A DNA stretch of 64,000 nt from Candidatus Thorarchaeota archaeon (GTDB lineage: Archaea > Asgardarchaeota > Thorarchaeia > Thorarchaeales > Thorarchaeaceae), in the NCBI GenBank assembly GCA_048882325.1, contig JBHLRS010000002.1, forward strand, positions 96,001 through 160,000, in the 5' to 3' direction. A program made the position numbers and the translations under genes. The notes beneath the pieces were generated by a model that ran no database searches, was not told the DNA's origin, and saw only the letters and a list, made by a program, of their open reading frames with translations. Positions 47,963 to 57,375 of the stretch are shown here, piece by piece (within the stretch, counting starts at the first letter, position 1; every line of letters begins with the position of its first letter).

Positions 47963-50956
47963 ATGGCAATACGCGTTCTTATGGTAGACGACGATCCAGT
48001 TCATCTCGAACTCAGTGAACACTTTCTAAAACGTCAGAGTTCGGAATATGAGATCGTATCAGCTGAATCACCAGAGGCGGCAATAAAACTCCTTATCGAT
48101 GAGAAGTTCGATGTTGCGGTCTGTGACATTGATCTTGGTGAAGGACACCTGTCTGGTCTCGATATTCTTGAACAAGTAAGGGTGAGTGAGAATGATATTC
48201 CAGTCATCATTTTTACAGGAAAGAGTAGAGAGGAGATTGCGATACAAGCACTTAATCTTGGAGCTGACTATTACATTCGAAAGAGCTCATCCCAAATTGA
48301 GGGATTGTATGCTGAGCTGTCATATTACATTCTTACATCGGTAGAGAAACGCAGGACTGAGAGAGCTCTCATTGAGTCAGAGCATAGACTTCAAGACAGC
48401 GAGGCAAAGCTTGCGGAGGCTCAACGAATTGCACATCTAGGACATTGGAACTGGGATATCAAGAAGGACATCATAGTGTGGTCTGATGAAACATATCGGA
48501 TATTTGGACTAGCCCCACAAGAGTTCAAAGCCACTTATGATGCATTCCTCAATTCAGTTCATGAGGATGATCGGGAATTCGTACGGTTGTCAGTAGACCA
48601 AGCACTAAATGAAAACCAAGAGTATAATATTGATCATAGAGTTGTGCACCCTGATGGTAAAATTCGGTTTGTACATGAAGCAGCTGAAGTCACGTTTGAT
48701 GATGAAGGTACAGCAATACGTATGATGGGAACTGTGCAAGACATCACCGAGAGAGTGAAACAGGAATCTTTGCTCAGGGAGGAAAGCGACAAGGCGCAGA
48801 GATATCTAGATCTAGCAGGCACAATGATACTAGCACTTGATACTGAGTACAATGTGAAACTCATTAATCAGAGGGGTTGTCAGCTCCTGGAGTGTGAAGA
48901 GGGTGACATTATCGGGACAAACTGGATTGAGAATTATATACCTGAAGATAGCAGGAAGGTTGCTTTGGATTACCTCAATTCCTTGGTTGTCGGGGAACCG
49001 GGTGGTTCCTGTGAAATGGTTATAGAAACACCAGGAGGAACCAGGAAGAGAATCATTTGTGAAGACAGAATACTCGCTGATGATGAAGGTAATATCACGA
49101 CAATCCTCTGCTCAGCTCGAGAAATCGAAGGTGCAAAAACAGTAGAGGTCTCGATGACTGATACGATGCAGACTAGGGAAGATTGGTGGAGAGGTGTATT
49201 CGACAACGCTCCTCAAACAATTGCTATTTTCGACTCTGAGGGTTTATTAATAGACATGAATAACGCAGGTATCGAGCTTCTTGGGTTGAAGAAGAAAGAG
49301 GATGCACTTGGTCTCAACCTTTACGAGGAATCAAGACTACCAGAAAACGTCATAGAGAATGTTCGAAATGGAAATGTCGCTCACTTTGAATTCAAATGGA
49401 ACCATGAATATGTAGCTGAGAAAGGCATTCTTGATACATATAGAAGAGATGTTACTTTCATGGATGTCACTCTTTCGCAGATGCGAACCAATGATGGACG
49501 CGAGCTTGGTTTCGTTATGCATGTATCAGATATCACTGAGAGGGAAATGACTGAAACAGCTCTCAGGGCAAATGAAGAAATGTTTAGAACGATATTCGAA
49601 GAGTCACCAATCTGCATAGAACTCTTTGATTCTGATGGGAGATTAGTGAGAGCTAATCAGGCAACCTTGGACCTATTTGGGATAAATGACATCGATGACC
49701 TAATAGGATTCGACCTATTTGCAGATCCCAATACTCCAGATTATGTTAAGGACAGCCTACGCACAGGTAATATTGCCATCTCAGATGCTCGATTCGATTT
49801 CTCAAAAGTCAAGGTTCACGAGCTCTACAAGACTAGCAAGAGTGGGGTTATGCATCTTGACTGTGTATATTCTCCAATAAAATACGGAAAGGAAGAGTAT
49901 CTTCAAGGATTCATCGTTCATATTCAGAATGTGACTGATAGGGCATTAGCAGAACAAGCCCTCATGGAGAGTAGAGAGAGTTTCAAGGAACTCTATAACA
50001 ATGCACTGGTCGGATTATTCAGGGCGAGGATTTCTGATGGCATGATTCTTGAGTGTAATGAACGATTTGTGGAGAAACTTGGATTTGAGAGCAAAGCATC
50101 TGTTATTGATGGTTCAGGCTTTATTAGGGATATTCTACTTCAACCCAAGGAGTGGGAGTCACTGAAGAGCAAGCTCAGAAACGACCAAAGAGTAGTGACA
50201 GAACTTCCGGTTTCAACAAGGGATGGGACCCAAAAGTGGATGCGCTTTTCCCTCAGTCTATGGGCTGAGAAGGGCTATATTGAGGGGGTTATTGTTGAAA
50301 TCACAGAAGAGAAACAAGCACTTGAGATGCTAAAGAAACAGAAAGAGGAACTCAGTGACTTTGCACACACAATGAGTCATGACTTGAAAAACATCTTTCA
50401 TAATATGTTGGGGTTCATCGAGCTCATCGAGGAGGAACAAAGCTTTGCCCACCTCACCAAACTTCGAAGTCTTCTAAATGAAACTGGTGAGATGGTTGAC
50501 CATTCAGTAGCTTTGGCAGATGCAGGATTGATCATTGAAGAAACAATGAACGTGGATCTTGCATCTCTTGTCAGAGAGGTGGCAGAGTCGATCATTCCCG
50601 ACAATGTTGCCTACTCTCAAGACAACTTGCCGATCGTACATGCGGACCAGCGAAAGGTCGCACAAATCTTCAGGAATCTCTTTGACAATGCCATCCAACA
50701 TGGACAGCCAAATCGAATTGAAGTCACGAGTACCAAGAAGAATCAAACATTTTTGATCCGAGTGATAAATGATGGCAAAACTATACCAGACGCCCTCCGT
50801 TCGAAAATCTTTCTGCGTGGATTTACAACTAGTAAGAACGGTCAGGGTTTTGGATTAGCGATTGTACGACGCCTTGTAGAGGCTCACGGGTGGACCATTC
50901 AGCTCCTTGGAGATGGTACAACAACCTTTGAAATCCAGATACCATTACAGGATTAA
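47963..50956 (+). CDS. Cytoplasmic hybrid sensor kinase REC-(PAS/PAC)x5-HisKA-HATPase
   Basis: REC (VDDD, VCD, FTG, K), five PAS/PAC units (GTVQDITER, SDITER, QNVTDR, EITEEK), SHDLKN H-box, NLFDNAIQHG, GQGFGL. Confidence 0.92.
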   Translation: MAIRVLMVDDDPVHLELSEHFLKRQSSEYEIVSAESPEAAIKLLIDEKFDVAVCDIDLGEGHLSGLDILEQVRVSENDIPVIIFTGKSREEIAIQALNLGADYYIRKSSSQIEGLYAELSYYILTSVEKRRTERALIESEHRLQDSEAKLAEAQRIAHLGHWNWDIKKDIIVWSDETYRIFGLAPQEFKATYDAFLNSVHEDDREFVRLSVDQALNENQEYNIDHRVVHPDGKIRFVHEAAEVTFDDEGTAIRMMGTVQDITERVKQESLLREESDKAQRYLDLAGTMILALDTEYNVKLINQRGCQLLECEEGDIIGTNWIENYIPEDSRKVALDYLNSLVVGEPGGSCEMVIETPGGTRKRIICEDRILADDEGNITTILCSAREIEGAKTVEVSMTDTMQTREDWWRGVFDNAPQTIAIFDSEGLLIDMNNAGIELLGLKKKEDALGLNLYEESRLPENVIENVRNGNVAHFEFKWNHEYVAEKGILDTYRRDVTFMDVTLSQMRTNDGRELGFVMHVSDITEREMTETALRANEEMFRTIFEESPICIELFDSDGRLVRANQATLDLFGINDIDDLIGFDLFADPNTPDYVKDSLRTGNIAISDARFDFSKVKVHELYKTSKSGVMHLDCVYSPIKYGKEEYLQGFIVHIQNVTDRALAEQALMESRESFKELYNNALVGLFRARISDGMILECNERFVEKLGFESKASVIDGSGFIRDILLQPKEWESLKSKLRNDQRVVTELPVSTRDGTQKWMRFSLSLWAEKGYIEGVIVEITEEKQALEMLKKQKEELSDFAHTMSHDLKNIFHNMLGFIELIEEEQSFAHLTKLRSLLNETGEMVDHSVALADAGLIIEETMNVDLASLVREVAESIIPDNVAYSQDNLPIVHADQRKVAQIFRNLFDNAIQHGQPNRIEVTSTKKNQTFLIRVINDGKTIPDALRSKIFLRGFTTSKNGQGFGLAIVRRLVEAHGWTIQLLGDGTTTFEIQIPLQD

Positions 50957-51106
50957 TTCGAAATGCAGAAATGTACATAACGGCGTTAATTTCTTCACAG
51001 AGGGGCAAGCTTAATAGGTTAGGGATATAAACAATAGGCGTGGTCAGAGAACCGGTAGGGCCTAGTTTTCGTAACATGCCCTCATTACATAACTCCCCCC
51101 CCTCCT

Positions 51107-51145
51107 ACCACATTGAGCTCTGCCGCAAACTGGCCACACCTTTTC
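51107..51145 (+). repeat. Direct repeat copy 1
   Basis: ACCACATTGAGCTCTGCCGCAAACTGGCCACACCTTTTC; the first 22 nt are identical to 52367-52388. Confidence 0.85.
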
Positions 51146-51209
51146 ATTCATTACAATGCAAAACGTTGAAATCCAGATTGATTGATATGAAAAAGGGAGG
51201 AGCACGAAC

Positions 51210-51655
51210 ATGATGAAACCATTTGGATTCATCTACATCTTTGCGTTTGCTTGTGCGATTGTTTTTTCCTAACCCGAAGGGAACTGAGGACCAAAAATAC
51301 TCCCGCAGGTTCTCGTAAAGAGAAGTCCCTCCATGGCCTTAATTTGGTGTCTCTCGGATGGTTATTTACTTGGACATTCATGATGTTATTCTTGGAAACA
51401 TTGCTTATCACTAGTCCAGTTGATCTTTGGGAAGCTGCAAGTGAGTTCATGAATGGAGCGATAACCATCAATCCATTGTTAGCTATCTTCTCAATAGCAT
51501 TTAACTCGATATTGCTTTTCGTTGGAGGATGGTCTATGGATCCGAGAGCGAGCTATGTACCAGTAACCTCATTTTCTGGAAAATGGCCAATTGGACTAAT
51601 TAGTTTCTTTACACTTGCAGGTATAATTGGAGTGCTAAGTGGATTGTTAATCTGA
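51210..51655 (+). pseudogene. 4-TM membrane protein gene interrupted by a frameshift in a T6 run
   Basis: GGGAGGAG SD + ATG 51210 gives MMKPFGFIYIFAFACAIVFS* (TAA 51270). One extra T at 51262-51267 joins it to the 51251-51655 frame. Confidence 0.6.
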
Positions 51656-51685
51656 AAGAACAGCAGAGTCACTTACGCAATCAAA

Positions 51686-51720
51686 CTCCGCCGCAACCTG
51701 TGACCTAGCCACACCTTTTC
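51686..51720 (+). repeat. Direct repeat, degenerate middle copy
   Basis: CTCCGCCGCAACCTG[TGACCTA]GCCACACCTTTTC versus CTCTGCCGCAAACTG-GCCACACCTTTTC in copy 1. Confidence 0.7.
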
Positions 51721-51831
51721 TACGCTTCAACACTAATTTTCATTAAAGCGAGCTTATTCAAATAAATGAAAGTCTTATTAGAAAACCGACGCTCATTCTG
51801 TGGCAATCGCGTGAAGGGAGGTGAAGATGTA

Positions 51832-52293
51832 ATGAGTATGTCAAAGAGAGTAGGTGTTGCTGTAATCGGAACAATCTTCCTTGTAGCACTGGTGTCTGCA
51901 GTGCCCGTGGAAGCGAAAACACCGATTAGATGGGACTATGTAGCTGATTATATTGGATATTACTCCTATCCCGACTGGTATGGTGAGCTTGTGGGAGAGA
52001 ATGCAGAAATTGGCATTTTCATCACAGATGTAGTATTCCTATCCAATGGTCAGAAGTTAGATGCAATCTGGTGGATTGAATTCGATGATGGAGAATATCT
52101 TGAAGGAACAATGAAGGGATTTTTCGTCTACACAACACATGATAATCTCTATGATGGAGGTCAATATGTCCTGAATGGCGAGGTGACAGATACTTCCCCA
52201 GACTGGTCGGATTGGAATGGACGAAATGTACATGTCATGGGATTTGTGACGCCCTGGCCTTGGGTAACCAATGGAGTGTTCCAGATAAACTAA
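51832..52293 (+). CDS. Secreted beta-rich protein of unknown function
   Basis: GGAGGTGA SD, signal peptide (KR + hydrophobic core + VEA cleavage), alternating beta-strand pattern rich in W/Y/G. Confidence 0.8.
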   Translation: MSMSKRVGVAVIGTIFLVALVSAVPVEAKTPIRWDYVADYIGYYSYPDWYGELVGENAEIGIFITDVVFLSNGQKLDAIWWIEFDDGEYLEGTMKGFFVYTTHDNLYDGGQYVLNGEVTDTSPDWSDWNGRNVHVMGFVTPWPWVTNGVFQIN

Positions 52294-52361
52294 GGGAGGT
52301 CCAACTAATATCATAACTAAGGAGGGGTTGGTCAATAATCGATCCCTTCAGTTTTCTTTCT

Positions 52362-53633
52362 TTAAGACCACATTGAGCTCTGCCGCAATCTGGCCTCATC
52401 TTCCTCTGGTGGAGGGCCACTCGTCGTGCCAAAGAAGTAGTAGAAAATGACTATACTTACAGAATACAGAATTGTTGCTAAGGCAAATGGCATGCGTAGG
52501 AATCCTGCACCTAACAACCATCCTCCGATGTTGAGACCTACAGCCCGACTCAGAGAGTCACCCGCATTAATAATACCCATGGCTGTTGACCGCTCCATCT
52601 TGTCGAGACCCTCCATATAGAAGACATCCATTACAGGCCATGCGATATTCATAAACAGAGCTCTCCCAACAAAGCCAAAAACAGCAATTGAAAGAATGGG
52701 CGACCAAGAGAGAATCATAAGAAATGGGATAGAGAGCACCTGAAACCAGATTATCGTTCCAAGCTTTCCAAATCTGTCAACGATTGCTGGAGATGCGAAG
52801 TTACCACCTGCCATGACTAGTGTATTGATTCCGAAGATAATGCCAATTGTGGCAGAGTCTGCTGCAAATGCCAGAGTGAAAAACACATTGAAGAACTGAA
52901 CAAAGAGTCCAGCCCCCAAACCTGATACAGACCATGCAAGTGCATACTTACCAATAAAGTCCCTATGACGGATATGACCAAATCCGAATCTTCTTCGTGG
53001 TCCTTCAACTGTATCTGTAGTCATAGGAACAATGATGAGAGCTCCTATTGACATGGGGATAAGCGCTATCCAAAGTGACAATCTATACGCCATTGATAGA
53101 TCTACAGCAATTCCCAGATTGTTCCAGACTGTTGGCAGGAAACCTCCTATCACTGAGCCAAATAGACTAGCAAGCAGAAAGAATGCAAATCTAATAGTGA
53201 AGACATGAACTCGTTCCTCATCAGTTGTAACACTCACGGTGTAGGGCTGCCAACAAACCCCAGTTATTCCAAACCCGACCCCATTGAGTAATTGCGAAAA
53301 GATTAGGTATAACGGATTCAGCGTAGAGTATTGAATAAACACCGAAAGCAATACGATTGTGTATCCGACCAGGAGCATCTTCTTCCTGGAGAAACGATCA
53401 GCAAGCATTCCAATGCCAATAGCTAACAATCCAGTGAGGGATATTGATATTGAAAGAAAGAAACCGATAAAGGACTCCTCAAAACCTGCTTCAAGAAGAT
53501 ACAGATTGAAAAGTACATCATTGATTCCGTAGCCAAAAGCCCAAGCCATCCAAGTACCAATTGTCAATCGAGCGTCTCGACTGATCAGGTGTATCCTTTC
53601 CATGTAAGATAGACGTGCAGGCTCAATGGACAT
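52362..53633 (-). CDS. MFS transporter
   Basis: 12 TM helices; GMLADRFSRKK motif A and IVDRFGK repeat. Confidence 0.92.
   Translation of the reverse strand: MSIEPARLSYMERIHLISRDARLTIGTWMAWAFGYGINDVLFNLYLLEAGFEESFIGFFLSISISLTGLLAIGIGMLADRFSRKKMLLVGYTIVLLSVFIQYSTLNPLYLIFSQLLNGVGFGITGVCWQPYTVSVTTDEERVHVFTIRFAFFLLASLFGSVIGGFLPTVWNNLGIAVDLSMAYRLSLWIALIPMSIGALIIVPMTTDTVEGPRRRFGFGHIRHRDFIGKYALAWSVSGLGAGLFVQFFNVFFTLAFAADSATIGIIFGINTLVMAGGNFASPAIVDRFGKLGTIIWFQVLSIPFLMILSWSPILSIAVFGFVGRALFMNIAWPVMDVFYMEGLDKMERSTAMGIINAGDSLSRAVGLNIGGWLLGAGFLRMPFALATILYSVSIVIFYYFFGTTSGPPPEEDEARLRQSSMWS
52367..52402 (+). repeat. Direct repeat copy 3, overlapping the last codons of the MFS gene
   Basis: ACCACATTGAGCTCTGCCGCAATCTGGCCTCATCTT; 33/36 identical to copy 1, 1260 bp downstream. 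Confidence 0.85.
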
Positions 53634-53836
53634 ATCAGGGAGCTCTGAAAAGGTGCTTTTCTTATTTCGCCTGTGCGTAGTTTTGAATCCAGAGATGTGG
53701 AACCAACTTGATTCTTAGCGGGTAGGAATTTGCGGCACATGATTGTAAACATAATACTTATTACATATTACGTATTACATATATCATCTGTAAGTTTGTA
53801 TTGTGACGAACTGGCAGATAAGAAGTGTGGGAAAGG

Positions 53837-54184
53837 ATGCAAGAAACTGATCTGAACAGGAGGCTTAGCGACAGATTACCAGCAAGGATCAAGCAGGTTT
53901 CCTATCTGCAACTGATTGTTAACACCTCCGTAACGAAGTTGTTCCGGATAGTTGGAGGCATGCTTCTTGCGGTAGCACTACTAATACCATTGTTCATAAT
54001 CCCGATATCGGTGATTCTTGTTTTACCTTCAGAGGTGTATCTACTTGACTGGGTGCACACACAATATACGAAGTCTCTTGCAAAGAAATCCATATTTGAT
54101 CGATCGAGTGAATCTCACAATGATTTCGATGATGCAGAACACAAACGTACTGCACTATCAAGAAGTCAGGAATTCACGAGATAG
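53837..54184 (+). CDS. Small hypothetical membrane protein
   Basis: One long hydrophobic hairpin flanked by charged regions; fills an otherwise empty gap. Confidence 0.5.
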   Translation: MQETDLNRRLSDRLPARIKQVSYLQLIVNTSVTKLFRIVGGMLLAVALLIPLFIIPISVILVLPSEVYLLDWVHTQYTKSLAKKSIFDRSSESHNDFDDAEHKRTALSRSQEFTR

Positions 54185-54332
54185 TCATACATACTCGTGT
54201 TGGACGGGAGTATACAGCTCCCGTTCTTTTATTTCTCAATCTATGGGTTGTGCGCTTCAAAAAATAACAACAAGTGAGAGCGAGATTTGCTACAGAAGTG
54301 CTATTAAGACATATCGAGGAATGGCTTTTGTC

Positions 54333-55352
54333 ATGGGAAAGATCAATGTTCTGTTCATTTGGAAGCCTCGTGAGGAGTTAGAAAACTACCTGCGAAAAGG
54401 ACTTGCACAACTTGAGAATGTCAAGCTTCTGTTCCCGGAGGAGGAAGCAGAAGAGGTGTATTTGAGGGGTGCGCCTCATGCTAGTGTGGTGGTGGGATGG
54501 CGGCCAACACGAGAGTTTCTTGATGCAGCAGTGAACCTCCGTTTGTTCATCAATCCAGGTGTTGGCATACAACATCACCTCGAATCCTTCAGAGAGATTA
54601 CTAAGACAAGGGAGGTGGTTCTGGTGAACGGACATGGAAATACATACTTCACTGCACAGCATGCAGTCGCTTTGCTCTTTGCTTTGACAAACAAAGTTGT
54701 CCCTCATCACAACTGGATGGTAGATGGGCTGTGGAGGCGAGGTGACAGCTACGGAAAGTCAACACCCATGAAGTATCGAAACGTGGGGCTACTAGGTTAT
54801 GGAGCAGTCAATCGAAAGGTTCACAAATTCCTCTCCGGCTTTAATGTCAAGTTCCATATCTGTCGAAACACTTGGATGGGGAATAATAATGAACTCCCAA
54901 CACCCGCTGTGAAGTATCATCCTGATGAGCTTGATTCATTTCTGAAACACATTGATACACTCATAGTTGCTATACCACAGACTCCAGACACGATAGGACT
55001 GATTGGCCAAGCTGAACTGGAATTGCTTGGCACAGATGGTCTAATTGTGAATGTGGGTAGAGGCCCTGTGATTGATGAGGATGCTCTGTTCAGAGCGCTA
55101 TCAGAGAAAACCATTGCTGGGGCTGCCATTGATGTCTGGTACGAATATCGACCAGATCCCGATGAGGATGATCGGAGATATCCGTTTCATCATCCGTTCC
55201 ATCAATTAGACAATGTCGTCCTATCACCACACCGAGGGGCATCACCTATGGATGACCTAGAACGTTGGAATGAAGTGATTGAGAATATCACGCGATTTGC
55301 TAATGGGCGAACTGACTTTTTGAACATAGTCGATCTAGAAAGGGGATACTAG
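54333..55352 (+). CDS. D-isomer-specific 2-hydroxyacid dehydrogenase
   Basis: VGLLGYGAV, PQTPDTIGLIG, VNVGRG, GAAIDVW, SPH. Start trimmed to ATG 54333 (or 54321). Confidence 0.9.
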   Translation: MGKINVLFIWKPREELENYLRKGLAQLENVKLLFPEEEAEEVYLRGAPHASVVVGWRPTREFLDAAVNLRLFINPGVGIQHHLESFREITKTREVVLVNGHGNTYFTAQHAVALLFALTNKVVPHHNWMVDGLWRRGDSYGKSTPMKYRNVGLLGYGAVNRKVHKFLSGFNVKFHICRNTWMGNNNELPTPAVKYHPDELDSFLKHIDTLIVAIPQTPDTIGLIGQAELELLGTDGLIVNVGRGPVIDEDALFRALSEKTIAGAAIDVWYEYRPDPDEDDRRYPFHHPFHQLDNVVLSPHRGASPMDDLERWNEVIENITRFANGRTDFLNIVDLERGY

Positions 55353-55355
55353 TTT

Positions 55356-56219
55356 CTACACATCCTCTAACTCATCAGTCCTTAACGTCAGTTTTCGTGG
55401 ATTGGCTAACAGACTGAGTTCATACCTTTGTTGCGTTGGTTCACGGGCTCCTTTTTTCCACTGATTCATACCCTTCCTGAGCTTCTTCCGAATCCTTTCA
55501 CGGTAGTTTACCATGATTGCAAAGCATTGAAGAATCCTGCAAAACCACTCATTTTCAGCAAGAACAGGATCCTTGATTCTGACCTTATATTCCCCACCAA
55601 GATCCCCAAACTTGCTATCGATTTTGGCTACGACTTTACGTCCGTTAAGTCGAATTACTCTGAAATCGTCACCAAGTGTGACGCGAGTCCCTTCAATTCT
55701 GAAGACCTCAAATGACTTTTCAGGACCCAATAAATAGAAAGAATAGTTCTCAGTTGAGAGACCTCCACGTTTAAGTTGCCTTACCCATGTCACAAACTCA
55801 TTCTCATTGGTCAGGACAGTAAATGCGACTAGTGGTTCCCCTGAAGCGAAACTCAGTGCATATTCTTCAGCTACCATTTCTTCTAAAGTGGCTGTCCAAC
55901 CACCACTATTGGAGAACAACTTCACCACCAATCGACGGTCTAGCTCATCTTCAGCTCGCCTCCAGAGTGACTGACGAAGAATTATGAATCCAACTCTTTC
56001 TGGTTTTGAAAGCCTTTTCCCATCAACAGGTCGTTTTCTCTCTACAATCTTTCCAACAATATCAGCATCACGAGAATACTGTCGACTCTTAGCCCGCCAC
56101 ATCTCAGCTTGGCGAAAGCCCATCTCTTCGTGATGGAAGCCAGTAGAATATAGGTCCTGTGAGAAAACACGATAAACCGGACCAACTTTCCTTGGGTCTT
56201 TGTTAGGCATGGACATCAC
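55356..56219 (-). CDS. Hypothetical basic protein, possible Tubby-C/LURP-one (scramblase-like) fold
   Basis: C-terminal half FRIEG...DDFRV...VVAKIDSKF....EYKVRI followed by a hydrophobic helix. Confidence 0.55.
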   Translation of the reverse strand: MMSMPNKDPRKVGPVYRVFSQDLYSTGFHHEEMGFRQAEMWRAKSRQYSRDADIVGKIVERKRPVDGKRLSKPERVGFIILRQSLWRRAEDELDRRLVVKLFSNSGGWTATLEEMVAEEYALSFASGEPLVAFTVLTNENEFVTWVRQLKRGGLSTENYSFYLLGPEKSFEVFRIEGTRVTLGDDFRVIRLNGRKVVAKIDSKFGDLGGEYKVRIKDPVLAENEWFCRILQCFAIMVNYRERIRKKLRKGMNQWKKGAREPTQQRYELSLLANPRKLTLRTDELEDV

Positions 56220-56307
56220 ACATACTCAGATTAGCATGACACTTTGATAAGTCTTAGTTCTAGCGTTAGTCGAAAGGTTCAAACAGTTGCTAGACTGCAC
56301 GAAATTC

Positions 56308-57261
56308 ATGAAACTCGGAGAAATTTACCGAAAGATAGTCGATATGGGAATTGAGGCAGATCCTAGAGGTAGAGATAGGGTCAATCAAATCCTTGAGAAA
56401 TCGAAGAAGAATTTGGAAAAACTTGAGGGCCGAAAGAAGGAGCTAGCAGACAAGGACGTGACATGGAATCCATATACTGACTGCAGGCTCCTTTATGGAG
56501 ACGAGGACCGAGAGATTGGTAGTGTGCTTGCTGGAATTGATATTGGACCGGGAGAGATTGTTCTAGCTGACAGACTTACTGATAAAGGCGAGAAAATCGA
56601 CTTGGTCTTTGCGCATCACCCACACGGAATCGGTATGTCAAAATTAGATTATGTTATGAAGATCCAACCTGAGCAGTGGGCGGCATTGGGTGTTCCGATT
56701 GCTCAAGCAGAGTCTGCAATGACCAAACGAATGAAAGAGGTTCATCTCAACACAAAACCTTCCAATCATAACAGGACCACAGATGCAGCTAGACTGCTTG
56801 ATATGCCTTTCTTATGTGCACACACTCCTGCAGATTCGCTAGGGTATCAGTTCCTCACCAGTTACTTAAAAGAACACGATCCACAGACGCTTGGAGACCT
56901 CGTTGAAGTTCTACTAGAAGTTCCAGAGTATCAAGATGCAGAAAAAGTCGGAGCAGGTCCAGAAATCATTGTTGGTAGTTCCAGTGGAAGTGTTGGTGAG
57001 AAGTTTGTCTTTTTCACAGGAGGCACATCACCTGGACCAAATTCCATTCCAAAGCTAGCACGCGCAGGTGTGAGTACAATTGTCACAATGCACATGGGTG
57101 AGAATATCAAGAAGGCTTGTGAGGAAGAAGGTCTCTATGTTGTAATCGCAGGTCACAACAGTTCTGACTCCATTGGAGTGAACCTGATTCTTGACGAGTT
57201 AGAAAAAGAAGGTGTCAAATCTTATGCATGTTCTGGTTTCACCAGACACAAGAGAACCTAG
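56308..57261 (+). CDS. NIF3/DUF34-family metal-binding protein
   Basis: NPYTD, AGID, FAHHP, HTPAD, TGGT, AGHNSSD. Confidence 0.85.
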   Translation: MKLGEIYRKIVDMGIEADPRGRDRVNQILEKSKKNLEKLEGRKKELADKDVTWNPYTDCRLLYGDEDREIGSVLAGIDIGPGEIVLADRLTDKGEKIDLVFAHHPHGIGMSKLDYVMKIQPEQWAALGVPIAQAESAMTKRMKEVHLNTKPSNHNRTTDAARLLDMPFLCAHTPADSLGYQFLTSYLKEHDPQTLGDLVEVLLEVPEYQDAEKVGAGPEIIVGSSSGSVGEKFVFFTGGTSPGPNSIPKLARAGVSTIVTMHMGENIKKACEEEGLYVVIAGHNSSDSIGVNLILDELEKEGVKSYACSGFTRHKRT

Positions 57262-57375
57262 GTGATGAAATCAAATGCTCCAGGATAGAATCCTAGAAAC
57301 GTTTCATTTCAATTGCTTTATGGGTTGCTCACAAGATTCATATGTAGCATTTATGCGGTAGCACACCCGTTGGAT

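Noticed and set aside
51107-52402. CRISPR array or IS element
   Set aside because: There are only three copies, spaced ~580-680 bp apart with whole genes between them. No cas genes, transposase or terminal inverted repeats were seen.
54018-54332. Long N-terminal extensions in the ORF track (also 18199, 29832, 38950, 42564, 57313, 63555)
   Set aside because: They overlap neighbouring genes or promoters. Family homology and SD sites indicate downstream starts.
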